Shown here: positions 35,740-49,628 of the stretch, piece by piece
How positions within the stretch are numbered: the stretch's first letter is position 1
Layout: each line of letters begins with the position of its first letter
Assembly (NCBI GenBank): GCA_951406725.2
Contig: OX597814.1
Coordinates: 110,050,001-110,114,000, forward strand
From: Octopus vulgaris
Taxonomy: Eukaryota
Length of the DNA stretch: 64,000 nucleotides
Direction: 5' to 3'
Made by a program: the position numbers and the translations under genes
Notes under the pieces: model-generated
What the model was told of the DNA's origin: nothing
Databases searched by the model: none
The model's input: the letters and a program-made list of their open reading frames with translations, nothing else

Positions 35740-38340
35740 TTAGCTGTAATTAACACTTCTGCTTGGCGTTGTTTACCCCCACCACTGTACTACCTTCAAG
35801 ACACCTTTTTGACATCCTCATTGCTGCATCTATAATAACAGCCACCTATATTTTCATCGTCGGCGATTTCTGTTAACCAGAGATTGATTGGGAAACCTTT
35901 TACTGGACACAGAGCGCAAATTATTTCCCTGATTTAGAGTTGGATTCAAACCAGTCCCAAGGAGTTACCACCCCGACAAGAGGTAACAACACTTTGGATC
36001 TGCAGTTCACCCTGACTACAGAAACTGTTACTGGCGTCTTTATTGGGAAACCGTTCGATCACGTTATGATTATTGCCAACCTGTGTCTTATGGACAGAGT
36101 GAAAAAAAAAACCCACCACCTCCAAACGGCTCACTTTGATTGAAACAAAACTGACTGGAATTCCTATTGTACTGAATTAGAACACCTTATCTGATTTAAC
36201 ATTTACGAGTCTGAAGATGCCAGAACCATCCTTCAGCACATTCTTCATCCAACCTGGGCCGCATACGAACCACCGATACGACGTTTGGAACCCACGAATG
36301 TGCAATATGGAAAGCTGAAGCAGTCCGACTTACTAGGAAAGACTGACAGGATGTTGAACGTGGATACAGGTTATGCAGAACATAGGAAAATAGAAAAAGG
36401 CGCAACAGCGCGTCCAGTCATATCAAGCCGGCTAAGAAGACATTACTTAAAATTTAACAATGCAGAACAGCCAACCAGGATAGTAAAGTGTTCTGGAAAT
36501 ATTTGCGTTCGAAACAGAGGCCTCATTATCCAATAAGCTCTGTTCACAATCCCAACACAAATCAGATTACTGAAGATCTCAAAGAGTGTGTAGATCTTAT
36601 TTTCGAATGCTATGCTAGCACTTTCGTTGTTGAAAATCCAAACGTTCTAGCTTCACTGCTTTAGGTACCAAATCCCATAACATTTGTTGAATTTCCTCCT
36701 GTAATTCAGCGACACCACAAGTGTGTGCGCAACTATGTCTCCAATGGTCTTTATAATGTCGCTCATTTCGCTTCTCAAACGCGGTGGTCTCTTTCTGCTG
36801 CATCAGCTCTCACTATCTTTCTCGTAATTCCGTTTTAATAACTGCGTTACTCCCAAACAATGGAAAATTGCCAGAGAGGATAACCTCATGTGACCTGTCA
36901 ATTACCGTGTAGTCAGTCTCACAAGCTGTATTGCTAAATTGATGGAATCCTGTCTGAGAGATAACCTGCAACTTCTTGAAAAATTGTAACCTTATTCGCC
37001 CCTCACAAATACGATGTTCGTAATTGCAGATGTTGTGGCCAACTTATCGAATTTCTTGAAACCCCAATCACAAACGACTACAGTGAAACTTCCTGCAATG
37101 CGCATGGGGGTTAATCTTTATAACTTGTTGAAATCCTTCGTTCTCGATTGAAAAGAGATAGTCACAATAATAGGACAACATTCTGGACCTTAATCGATGA
37201 CATCTGGTGTCCTGTAGGGATCTGTTTTTAGACCCCTGTTATTTGTTGCATACATTAATGATATAGATGCCAACTTGGATCATTACGCAGACGACATTAA
37301 GCTGTACCTTGAGATGAAAACGACGAATACTGTGTGTAATAGATCTTTTCTGTAATCTGATCTGGAAACAACTCTGCAAAGGATTGGCAACTGACAACTC
37401 AAGCAGGCTGGCGACACCTTCAGATAGGAAAAACCCGGAATTTACCTGCTCTATTCATAAAATCAACCTTAAGAAGGCTGCAGTTGAACGGGAATGAAGT
37501 ATTGTTGTTGTTGTTGTTTGTTCCTTTTCGAGCCACGCCTGGCTCATTAGGGCTGGCTTCCCGGTTTCCTTGGCGTATAGGTTCCCCACCTGGACGGGAC
37601 GCAGGTCCGTCGCAGGTGAGCTACAAGATGCAGGAGGAAAGAGTGAGAGAAAGTTGTGGCGAAAGAGTCAGTAGAAGTTCGCCATTTCCATCTGCCAGAG
37701 CCGCGTGGAGCTTAGGTGTTTCGCTCATAAGCACACACATCGCCCGGTCTGAGATTCGAACCCGCGATCCCCCGACCGCGAGTCCGCTGCTCTAACCACT
37801 AGATCATGTGCCTCCACGAAGTATTATAGTTAACGATCATTTATGTTGGACGTACGACTTCTCTAAAATCATCAAAAAAGGCCGAGTTATCCTAGCATTA
37901 CTTAGTAAGACCTTTGTCAGCCACTCAGTAGCTTTCTATTTAAAGCTGGTCACCACACATCTCAAGTCTGGAACCCCTATTTTATTCAGAATATCGATCT
38001 GCTGGAACCTGTCCAGAGACGTGCAACCAAACGAATACCTTCTGTCAGTCACTTACCAAATCTCAAATGTAATTGCCTCTCTGGGCATTGACACACTACG
38101 GTTTCGATATATAGAAGCTGACTTGGCAGAAACCCACAACATTTTCCATCTTCCCAACAATTTTGATCATCTTTTTAACTGAATATCTCTACCATTCTGC
38201 ATACTTGTAGAATAAAATAAAAACAGTGCAGCACCCTTGACTTTGGAAGCATTTGTTTTCACGGTCAGAATTGTCAGGTCATGGAATAAACGACGCATAT
38301 CAGTTCTGTCAGGACATTGCCTCCTTCAAACATTCCACAC
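35740..38340 (+). pseudogene. Decayed CR1-clade LINE ORF2 (APE endonuclease plus RT)
   Basis: Ordered remnants IVGDF, PTRGNNTLDL, NYRVVSLTSCIAKLMES, SGVL*GSV..PLLFVAYINDI, YADDIKLY, LEPVQRRATKRIP, FTVRIVRSWNK; many stops and frameshifts. Confidence 0.85.
37502..37817 (-). mobile_element. tRNA-headed SINE with (CAA)n tail inserted in the LINE
   Basis: Head TGGAGGCACATGATCTAGTGGTTAGAGCAGCGG...GGTTCGAATCTC; CpGs retained. Confidence 0.8.
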
Positions 38341-38582
38341 TTCCTGAAAATTGCCAACATTCCTCCTGATGTATTAATCTACACTTTCTTCTTTTAAGAC
38401 TCTTTTAATGTTCATTTTTCTATCTTTTTCTTTTATATTCTGCATATTGCGTATGTATTTCTTAGCTTTCGTTGCTGTCTTTCCCGTCTTGACTTACACG
38501 TCTGCTTTCTGTCTCTTTTAACCTTTTTCTGACGAACTGAACGCTCCTATGTTCATTATTATACATACAATCTATACACGAT

Positions 38583-38613
<31 letters not shown>

Positions 38614-38835
38614 TTACTCTTTTATTTGTTTCAGTCATTTGACTGTGGCCATGCTGGAGCACTGCCTTTAGTCGAGCAAATCGACCCCAGGACTTATTCT
38701 TTGTAAGCCTAGTACTTATTCTTTCGATCTCTTTTGCCGAACCGCTAAGTTACGGGGACGTAAACACACCAGCATCGGTTGTCAAGCGATGCTGGGGGGA
38801 AGTGGACAAACACAAACGTATACACACACACATAC

Positions 38836-38916
<81 letters not shown>

Positions 38917-39038
38917 TACTTGGAAGAAAAGAAACGAAACGATGCGAGAGCGCTCAGTCATATAATAATTTAATAAATAAAATATATGCATACATACATA
39001 CATATATGTACGTACCTACATCTATATGTATATATACA

Positions 39039-39087
<49 letters not shown>

Positions 39088-39090
<3 letters not shown>

Positions 39091-39276
39091 TACAGGACAC
39101 CACAAATAAACGTAGAAACGAAAACATAAAAACAAACTAGGAAACGGACTTTTTTTAACAACGAAAAAACAAGTACAAGACAAACAATTCAAGGAATATT
39201 TCCCTTCATCAGCTGTTCCTGGTTCGACTCAATGCGTGTCGTTGTGTTCTACGTTTATTTCTGGTGTCCTGTACTC
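39088..39276. repeat. TA-flanked element with 30-bp inverted ends (Penelope-like end structure)
   Basis: GAGTACAGGACACCACAAATAAACGTAGAA / TTCTACGTTTATTTCTGGTGTCCTGTACTC; a - strand CTGATGAAGGG lies inside. Confidence 0.7.
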
Positions 39277-39300
39277 ATATATATATGAGTACACTGTCAT

Positions 39301-39420
39301 GCTTTTAGTTGTCAGAAGTGAAAGTAGAAAAATCTGACGTCAGACGTCAACTTCGAAGGTGGACGAGTGACGTCAAATTGACGTCACACTTTTTCTACTT
39401 TCCTCCTGACAACTAAAAGC
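39301..39420. repeat. Foldback with ~42-bp arms containing three perfect CRE octamers
   Basis: TGACGTCA at 39335, 39368 and 39379, plus AGACGTCA at 39342. Confidence 0.85.
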
Positions 39421-40097
39421 CGGGCTTCTTTCAGTTTCCGTCTACCAAATCCACTCACAAGGCTTTGGTCGGTCCGAGGTTATAGTAGAAGACACTTGCT
39501 TAAAGTGCCACACAGTTGGACTGAACCCGGAATCAAGCAAGCTACTTACCACACAGCCACTCCTGCGCCTATACCTACATATATATATTTACACACTAAC
39601 ATGTGTTAGTGTATAACCATACATACACATAACATACAACTCATACATGCACCCCACACACACATGTGCATGGCTGTGTGGTTAAGAAGCTCGTTTACAG
39701 CCACGTGCTTTCGGGTTCAATCCCACTTGACGGAACCTTCGGTAAATGTATCCTGCTAGATAGAGTCCCGGGCCGGCTAATGACTTGCGAATAAATTTTT
39801 TCGACGGAAAATATAAGTGTGTGTACGTGTACCGTTGTGCTTTTGATAACCGGTGCTGGTTTGTTTACGCCCTCGGAACCGAACTGTCCAGCAAATGACA
39901 CTGTTAGGATAAGTATCAGACTTAAAAATTACTGGGGTTGATCTGTTCAACCAAAACTTTTCAGGATGGTGCCCCAGCATGGCCGCGATCTTAAGACTCA
40001 AACGAGATAAAGATACATACATACATATGCATAGGTACACGAAAATGAATATATAAGTGTTCGTCCCTCCAGGTGTGTGTGTGTGTACGTGTGTGTG

Positions 40098-40380
<283 letters not shown>

Positions 40381-41490
40381 CCCCACATCTATACACGAAT
40401 GCATATGTAGATATAGATTAGAAGATCTATAAATACATTCTGCCTGTTCTTTCAATAATCTCCCTAACTCCCTCTTTCATCGTATTTCCTCGACCTTGAT
40501 CCTACTCCGAACCCTTTTAATTCCGAATACATTCCCTTAAAAATGTCACGAAGCCTCATTTTCATTTCATAGCTATTCCAGGTGTATTATGTATCATAGG
40601 TTCCTCAATTAGTCAAAAGCACTCTCTTGCAGAGCTACCCTATTTTTGCTAATTACCATTCTAATTAAACAGGGGTGGTCTTTTAATATTCCTTATTACT
40701 CAATACAAAGATTAGTCAACATTCAAGGGAGACAACCGGTAAGAGCATTTTAGCGAGGCTTTGAAACAGCGAGAAATTTCAAAATATCGATTATTACTTC
40801 CTTGTCGATCAGGCTTCTTATAGTTCGAATGCTTTCAGCAGCAGCGTTTTTATTTAAGACTGTCTTTATATTACATTACACGATTATTTGTTCGCTAATA
40901 TCTACACACGATGTGTCGTGTATCAACGTTTACCGAGGACGGAATGAAAAGGTTATTAGAATCTAACATATCATAGGTAGGTATGTTTGTGTATGTACCT
41001 ATGTATGTCTATATATGTGTATATGTATCTATATTTATGTATATAATCAGTGTAACAACACATGATCTGCACGCACTCACACACGTCCTATATAATTGGT
41101 TATCACTTCCAATATCGAGAGAATATTCTCTATTCTCTGGTGTTCTTTGCGAACTCCCTAATTTATCATCATGGTTAAATCGATTTGTCCCTTTTCTTAC
41201 AGTACAGGACCCACTTGTTTTCAGGAATATAATTTCTCGTTGATAAATGTTTCGTTTTGGTTTTACTTTTTTTTATTCTATTCTTGCGGTGGGTGAGTGG
41301 ACGAGCAATGAGCTTCTCACAGAGACACACCATACACACAACACGTGTTTCTCTGTACAAAGTAAAACAGGAAGAGCAAAGACAACACACAATAAACACA
41401 CTCTGATGAATGAGAAAGAACGAACGACGAGCGAAATAGAAAGAGAAAATATATAAAGAGAAACCAGATTAGGTTAGATAATATATATAG

Positions 41491-41537
<47 letters not shown>

Positions 41538-41772
41538 CTACTTAATACATGTGTACTACTGGATACGTGTGTGTGTGTGTATATTTAAAATATATTTACT
41601 ATATATGTAAATAAATTATATGTATTACTATATTTATATTATACATGTATGTTATATATGTAAGTATATTCATAATAGATACGATCTATATATTTATATA
41701 ATATATATATTAAATTATGTATATATAAAATTATGTATATATAAATTATATAATATATATACATATACACAC

Positions 41773-41840
<68 letters not shown>

Positions 41841-41974
41841 TACACACACACTATATATATATACACACACACACACTATATATATATATATATATATATA
41901 CATACATACACTATATACATATATATATATATATATATATTGTTTGTGTTTGAGCGAAAGAGAGACAGACAGAG

Positions 41975-42152
41975 AGAGCGCGGAGGGTGGTGCTCCACCT
42001 TTGTTGATTACTTAGCGACTCCGTTGTATAACAGCCACCATCGTAATCACTCGCTGCTGCCAACATGTAAACACATACACGCGCTCGCAAACACACACGT
42101 AGTTTTATTTGCACTCCTTCAAAATTACTACAACTTCTCTGAGACGACGTGG
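41975..42152 (+). promoter_or_regulatory. Probable promoter / non-coding first exon
   Basis: CpG-rich unique island after long TA/GA tracts; ends GG|gtaagc; contains a start-stop uORF (caacATGTAA, 42065-42070). The start coordinate is approximate. Confidence 0.5.
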
Positions 42153-42207
42153 GTAAGCAATACAAAACAATAACACAGTGTCGTAGAATACACATACTAC
42201 TATATAC

Positions 42208-42248
<41 letters not shown>

Positions 42249-42862
42249 GAATATCTGCCGTTGAAATCGGTGGGTGAGATGAGGTGCGGAAGCATATTTA
42301 GTTTGATCAGGGATTAAAAATATTTTAAAGAAAAGGCACGAGGATTTTAGATTTTAGTTTTATTTCATGGATATTTTTCTAAGAAGGAAAAAATAGAAAT
42401 AGGGACGAATAGCTAAAACGAAGAGAAAATAACGAAAGCCGGGTGGACACGTTTTTTGAAGCAGGTGCTTTTTGTCTTGTGATTCGGCGTCGTTTACGAT
42501 TTGAAAAGTTTATATATATATATATATATAAATATATTTGGTGTTTTTGTTTGGGGATTTTTCTGTTTTAATTTAACTTTTACTTCTTCAGTTTCTCTTT
42601 TCGATGGAAAATCTGTATTCCACTTTCTTTCTTCATTTGTTTTGAAACTGTTGTATATCAAATCTAATTTTCTCTAATCTAAAGTATAAAAAAACAAACA
42701 AAAATCGATAAGATTTAAAAAAAGAGAAATAATCCGTATATTTGTGTTTAATATTCATTTCATGTAACTAAAACTAGACTGAGATTTAGAGAAAAAACAA
42801 GAAACAACATTTAAAAAAGGTTGGAAGTGATTTCTTTCTGCCTGCCCACCGTCGTCTTCCTC

Positions 42863-42902
<40 letters not shown>

Positions 42903-42999
42903 TATATATATATATACACGCACGCACGCACACAAGCACATATATACGTATGCACACACACACGCGTATATGCTCGTATATTTTTATTTATTATGTGTT

Positions 43000-43223
43000 G
43001 AGGCTAGACACACAACGTTAACGGCATCGCGTGTCTCTCCACGATAACAAGGTCACGGCCGACCTCGGAATTTTGTCAACAACAGATTCTACTCCAAAAC
43101 AAAAACACAACAAAAAAAAATCTGTTTTATTTTTGTTGTTGTTATTTTGATTATTATTTTAAAAACTCTGACCAGTTATTTCTGTGTCCACATTTTTCCA
43201 AGAAAAAAAAACAAAGCATTGCA
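43000..43223 (+). other. Possible alternative first exon
   Basis: A CpG-rich stretch at 43000-43070 is followed by a GCA|gtaagt donor at 43223/43224. Confidence 0.25.
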
Positions 43224-43595
43224 GTAAGTCTAATTTTTTCTATTTTTTCTTACATTCTTCAATGAAATTATTCGTTCTGTAACAACTATGCCATTTATTT
43301 CTCCTCCTTTGCTGAAGGAACCAAAAGAAAAAAGAAAAATTCCTTTTTGTTGTTCTTTATTTATCTTTTTTCATACAAACTACTTTCTCTCATTCCGTTT
43401 ATTTCCAATGCCATAAACACTTGCAATACATTTCCTCACTTCTTTTTAAAGGATAGAAAAATACAAACTTTGTTTACTTTTAATTAAATTTCTTATATAA
43501 CTTTGCCGAGTTTTTTTTTCGTCCACCCAAACTTTCTGTAGACGTTAGCATAATTTCTGAAACTCTTTTTGTTGTTGTTTTCGTTAGTCATTCAG

Positions 43596-43644
43596 AGCCG
43601 AGAAAAGGCGCACACTCCGCGGTAAACATGGCTAAGTCGTCCAC
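43596..43644 (+). other. Short exon or alternative first exon with ATG (MAKSST...)
   Basis: U-rich tract ending ttcag|, overlapping an Inr-like TCATTC; aaacATGG at 43628; AC|gtatgc donor; CpG-rich. Confidence 0.4.
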
Positions 43645-44163
43645 GTATGCCCTCGAAACTCGCCTCTATTTCCCAAGCCGTTGTTGCAGTGTTTATGTAT
43701 GTTGCTATGTAGCACTAATAATTTTAATATTCGAAAATAAGAATAAGAGAGGAAGTATATAAATATATTTACACACATAAGTTTTAGGGGCATTTTAAAG
43801 GAGCAATAAAACCAGCAATATGTTTGATGGTTGTTTACTGTACCTTACAAATATTTATTCATTTTGAAAGAAAATATAAAAACTTGTTTATATTTTTAGA
43901 TAATAAAGCTATTTAAATACTCCGTCTCAAACTAGGTACTTTAAATTTATTTTTTCTGTTTCAATACCTGACTGACTAGGGTCAAATTAAGTTATATTTA
44001 GTTGTTTTCCCATCTTAATTTCTTTCCAATAGTCATTTAATAACATCAATTTGCACCACGTTCCTTTGACAAGAGAGGGAGAGAAACAAGGAATTCGATT
44101 TTCCGGGGGCTGTCTGGCTTCCTTCTAAAATGGAAATATTATTCAGAAATTAGTCATACTGAC

Positions 44164-44203
<40 letters not shown>

Positions 44204-46651
44204 GAGGTTAGGGGTCACTCTGGAAATTATTATTATTGTTGTTGTTATGTGCCTTTTTCACTTTTTGAATTGAATGGTAATACAAGATGTGTGAACCTTT
44301 CGCATAATTCTGAATGTTAATGTGAAGTGCTTGCTATGCACTCAGTCACATCAACGGATGAAAGTTATACTTTATATATCTACATCTACATATTTATATA
44401 ATATATCTCTATATCTACACATGACAAGTATAGAATACGTGGAACATTCTCTCCTTTAACCCAGGGCCTTCTCTCAGAGTCACTTTACAGCTGGTAGAAT
44501 TATCTTACGCCCGGCTGACACCAAAATAGCGACCTTCACACGTCCTTGACATTTTTATAGAATTTTGGAACATATTTAATTTACTATCAACTTTTCTTTC
44601 CACTGGATTTTCTGCTGTTTTTTCTTTTATTTTACATTGTTTGAAGATGTGTTTGCGTTAGATCTTCAAAACACTTCATGTTATATTTTTTAAAAGAAAT
44701 TATTCGTTGACTTATTTTTTAAAAATAATTTACTAATTTTTAAATCCTATTTTAATGCTTATTGGCAGTTTTTAATTACTTTTTTTTGTAGATTACATAA
44801 TAAATAAATCTTATTTTCTATGTTAACAATCGACTCATATTTTTAAATTCTATTTTTGTTCCTTCTGATAACTGAATTTAAGAATATTTGACTTTTGTGA
44901 GATATTCTTCACACTATCAGTCGGTGTTTTTAAGGTCAAGGTGACTGTTCTGTTTAATAGTGATATCTGCCTTATATTTTATCATTATTTAATTACTAAT
45001 AAATTATAATTACTTTTTTTAAATGAGGATATGCCTTAATAGTGCTTTTAACCTTTTATATTCTTTAATTATCTGTAATTAGTGACCAACATTATTATAT
45101 TTCAAAATTTACTTTATTTGATGAGTGTTTTCTTTATTTGTAGTTATTTGTATCGTTTTTTTTTTTAAAAACGAGGCCTAGAAATGAAATGAAACTAACT
45201 GATAATTAATATAGACTGTAGGATCGAAAGTATATATACCAATTATTACTCTCTCTTTTACTAATTAACACCTTTCATTAAGGCAATAATTATCACAAAG
45301 TATGAGTTAATTAACATTGTTTGAATATTTCTGTCCAGGTGACTTAGTCACACCTGCTTTAAGAACAGATGTTTTTAACCTGACAATTTCATTTTTTTTA
45401 ACCGAATCGTCATCATCCTCGTCACTTTTCTGTTAAATAGTTTTTCATTATTACAGAATTTAATTTTTCAATCTTAATATTTAAATTTTTCCATAAAGAT
45501 TTTTCTCGCGTTTTTACTCCTAATGCAAATAAACCTTAACAATGTTAGGTTAAAGAAGTTTGACGTGTGGCTGGGGGGGGGGGGGTCAGTTTTATTTGCT
45601 TTTATGGCGAGTTTGTTAAATAATCACACAAGTTTTGTCACATGCCGTCAACCTAACGACATGGCCGTCTGATCTGCTACACTGGTTCTTTCCCAACTTT
45701 CCCCGTTAACGCTTCCATGCCACCACACAGCACTATGCCATCGTATTGATTAATACTTCTGCACCGTGGTCGAAATGTTTCTATAAAAAATTCTATCGAT
45801 ATTCAATACATATCAAGCTGTCATCATTTTTCGTGATTGAGCCGTGTAGAGTAGAGGTCAATTGTCAAGGATGCCAGTTCGCTTCTCGGCCTGAATCGTT
45901 TTGTCACATTTACATATTTAATGACCCGGAAAGGAAATTAGACATTACAGCAGGCTGTTTCTCGTCCTTTACGAAACTGGCTTTCTAAATTATGTAACAT
46001 GACCTGTTCCCGCTTTAGTGGCCGTGGCAGCGGTTAGTGCAGAGAAGTGTATTAAATTACTTAGAATATCTACTCAAATACCACACTGATTTTTTTTAAA
46101 CGTTTTTTTTTTTATTCAATTGAGTTTTGCTTGGTTGCCTTTGCCACGATCTCACCCATATGAAATAAATACCAGTAATCTATCAAGGTGGAAACAATTA
46201 GCTACTCCTCACATTTCCTATAATAAACAACAAAACATACTTTGTACTGAAAAAACAAAGCACTATTATATTCATCCTAAATCATCGTAATCGTTTTAAC
46301 GTCTACTTTCCCAAGCTTGCATGGGTCAGACGGAATTTGTTGAGGCAGATTTTTTTCCTGCTGCTGGATGCCCTTCCAGTCGCTAATTTTCAACTGTTCC
46401 TCATCAAAGTAATACTTCATGGAAGATTGGAAATAAATAATCCCGCTTGTATGACAGTGATGCTTGTTTACAACCATCATCTAGTATCAAGGCAAAGATA
46501 TGATGGGTTCAAATTTTCAAGGTGATGTCCCGGCATGACCACAGTCCAATGACTGAAAAAAGTAAAAATAAATCTCGTAAGTCTGAATATTTGAGATGAA
46601 ATATTATTATTCTTGACAAAAACATATTTCAGACCATTAATCATTGTATTC

Positions 46652-47074
46652 ACCATATATACTATAAAACGCTCTTGAATATAAGACGCACCCCCGACTT
46701 ATAAGGTTTGAATCGGGAATTTTATCATTTACTCGACTGTAAATTTGCAGCAAATTTCACGATGCTGGAGAGCAAAGTTTGATTAGGAATCGCGCCGACA
46801 TAGTTGTTGTTTGGTAACCAGGCTTTCAGTAAGCTGAAGATTACTTACAACAACTGTTATCTCATTAAGTCCATGCGTTTTTAGAAACCATTGTTTATAA
46901 TGTAAAATTTTATCCTTTTTGGTTATTCCAAATGTCAGAACTTCAAACATGGCTTCTAACTTGAAAATATCTGAAAATTTTTTTATAGGATGCACTTATA
47001 AGTCGAACCCCCCACCAACTTTAGGTGTGAATTTCAGGGAAAGATGTATGACTTATAGCTGAGCATATATGGTA
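46652..47074. mobile_element. pogo/Tigger-like deletion derivative
   Basis: Ends CACCATATATACT...TATAAGACGCACCCCC and GACTTATAGCTGAGCATATATGGTA, plus an internal TATAAGTCGAACCCC subrepeat. Confidence 0.5.
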
Positions 47075-47972
47075 TTTAATATATATATATATATATCATC
47101 ATTATCGTTTAACGTCCATTTTCCGTGCTAGCATGGGGTGGACGGTTCGACTGGGGTCTGGGAAGCCAGGAGGCTGCACGAGGCTCCAGTCTGATCTGGC
47201 AGTGTTTCTATGGCTGGATGCCCTTCCTAACGCCAACCACTCCGTGAGTGTAGTGGGTGCTTTTTACGTGCCACCGGCAGAGGTGCCAGGGGAGGCTAGC
47301 AACCCCCACGATCGGTTGGTGGTTTTTTCGTGCCACCGGCACGGAAGCCAGCCAAGGCGGCATATCATGTGGTCATTTAACAGGATGTTATCAAGCTTGA
47401 GGCTATGAATAAACAAACACAATCAGAATAGATAATCAATGATTTCTGTAAGTGTTGGGGTCGATTTCTTCAACTAAACTCTTAAAAGCAGTACTCCAGC
47501 ATGGCCACATGCTAATAATTGAAACAAGTGAAAGGATATTGTTAATTAATGAAGCTCTAATAAGTCTGGGATGCATCCTGTCTTGGTTTATTATTAGTTA
47601 CTGCTTTGTCACTGAAAACATAAGTGTTCAGGTTTGTGTACTATTAATTGCTGTTAATTACTCATTAAGCATTCTTTTAATTGTAAAAGTGGATGAAAAT
47701 AGAAACTTTTTAATTAAGTCAGGGTGTGAAGGAGACATTGCAGGTGCCTTTCAAATGGGAAAGAATTAATAAAAAAATATGTAATAAAAAAACTGAGCCT
47801 CAAATTCTTCTCAAAGTTAGTTGTAACATTATTTACACCATTTAAAATGTTGTCCTTTGTAGGACGGACACGCTCTGTTGGCAAATAAACTTTACACCAT
47901 GTCACCTTCAGAAAAAATACCTGTTGACCCCTTTGTTACCATATAGGCACAAGTGTCCACCCCATGCTAGCA

Positions 47973-48382
47973 CATCATCATCATCATTGTTATCATTGTC
48001 GTTTAACAAGCCGCTTTCCATGCGGTTTGACTGAGGACTGGTGAGCCAGAAGGCTGCACCAGGCTCCAATTCGATCTGGTAAGGTTTCTACAGCTGGATG
48101 CCCTTCCTAATGCCAACCACCCTGAGAGTGTAGTGGGTGCCTTTTACGTGCCACCAGCATGAGGGCCAGTTAGGCGGTACTGGCATCAGCCACACTTGAA
48201 TGGTGCTTTTTACGTGCCACCGGCACAGGAGCCAGTCAGGTGGGACTGGCAATGACCACACTTGAATGGTGCTTTTTACATTCTACCATCACGGGAGCCA
48301 GTCAGGTGGCACTGGCATTGACCATGCTTGAATGGTGATTTTTATGTGCCACCGGCACAGGAGTCAGTCAGGTGGCACTGGC
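47973..48382 (-). mobile_element. RTE-LINE 3' UTR-type repeat with four ~61-bp tandem units
   Basis: Same family body; tandem GGTGCTTTTTACGTGCCACCGGCACAGGAGCCAGTCAGG units. Confidence 0.75.
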
Positions 48383-49077
48383 AGAAACTTGTTTCCTAAC
48401 CATGTGGCTTCGGATTCAGTCCTGAGCCCTGAGACAAGTGTTTTCTACTATTGTTGTAAGTGGATTTAGTTAACAGAATCTGAAAGAAGTGTGTGTGTCC
48501 GCCTTTGTGTTGACATCACATGGTGATTGTAAATGAGCATCATTGTCATACAAGCGAGGTTGTTTATTTTGAGTCTTCCAAGTAAAAAAAAATGTCTGGC
48601 CAAGAGGAGATAAAGGCTGGTGACAGGAAGGGCATCTGGCCTCTGTAGAAAATCTGCCTCAGCAAAATCTGTCTGATCCTTGCAATCATGGGAAAGTGGA
48701 TGTTAAATGATAAGGATGATGATGGTTTCTATTGAAATTACACTGGTTTTGTTTCATTGAATTTTGAAAAATGATAAAGAATTTAATTAAGTAACTTTGT
48801 CATCATTAAACTTGTGTTTGAAATGTAGTAAATTAACATGAAATATTATGGAAGGTTTTAATTTCAGTCATTTTAAAACTAGAAAATAGTTATCATAGAA
48901 TGAAGAGCCGTGCTGGACAGGTTGGTATCGAAAGTGGTTAATGCCAGCCAACTCAAGACTGTCATGAATCTAAAATACAAACTGCTTGTTTTAAAGTGTG
49001 CTAATTAAGTCTCTCATAAAAGTTTAATGTTAATTTAATGCCCAAATACCATTTTGATAATAACCTACTTCTAGCTG

Positions 49078-49138
49078 AACAATTATTCTGTGCTGATGAA
49101 GGGAAATAACCCAGAAATCGCGATACACAGATATTGTT
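49078..49138 (+). ncRNA. Minimal type I hammerhead ribozyme motif
   Basis: aacaat-tat-tctgtg-CTGATGA-a-ggg(aaataa)ccc-a-GAAA-TCGCGA-T-A-cacaga-t-attgtt. Both core boxes and the UH triplet are present, stem I is extended, and helix III is palindromic. Predicted cleavage is after 49125. Confidence 0.72.
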
Positions 49139-49628
49139 TTGAGCTGAGTGGGAGTACTAAATGCCCTTGTTCAAAAATATAAGGACACAGATTGTGTTGT
49201 ATAGCCAGCTGGAGACGATGTCTCCTGGGACTAAATTACAGCAGCATTTGTCCTAAACCAGGACTGCCATGTTATGTAGGCAAATAATCTTTACTCTAGA
49301 GTATTGTTGCTGAATATCTCTCGTTGAGAGATTTACAAGTAGTAATTTTCTACTAATGTTTTGTTTTCATAGGTTTTGAATTAAAATCCTCCACCAAACC
49401 TTAGTCACAATTAATGTTCCTAACACTAGCTTAATAACTAAGTTATTTTACTAAATTCTTTGTTATATTTAAAATTAATTGAAAGAAACACAGTGTATTT
49501 CAACAGAAATATGGTAACAAAAGTATTAAAGTGATCTAAATTAACACCTATCAAAATTTCACATTAATTCATGTTCCAAACACCTGTTTAATAATGACAG
49601 TTATTTTACTAAATCCTTCTTCGTTTAA

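Larger units (their letters stand above)
38613..39570 (-). mobile_element. CORE-like SINE split at its internal TA tract by stacked insertions
   Basis: The 3' half lies at 38613-38830 and the 5' half at 39421-39570. Two foldbacks (39088-39276, 39301-39420) lie between them. Confidence 0.78.

Noticed and set aside
37740-37817. tRNA gene (also 20310-20383, 16732-16800, 27853-27930)
   Set aside because: Cloverleaf stems do not close and the heads run into SINE bodies or tails.
45990-46006. TTATGTAA D-box next to a TGACCT half-site
   Set aside because: Short motifs expected by chance; no independent support.
48135-48382. CRISPR-like regular repeats (also 4205-4430)
   Set aside because: Whole units are homologous with no unique spacers; eukaryotic LINE 3' UTR tandem repeats; no cas genes.
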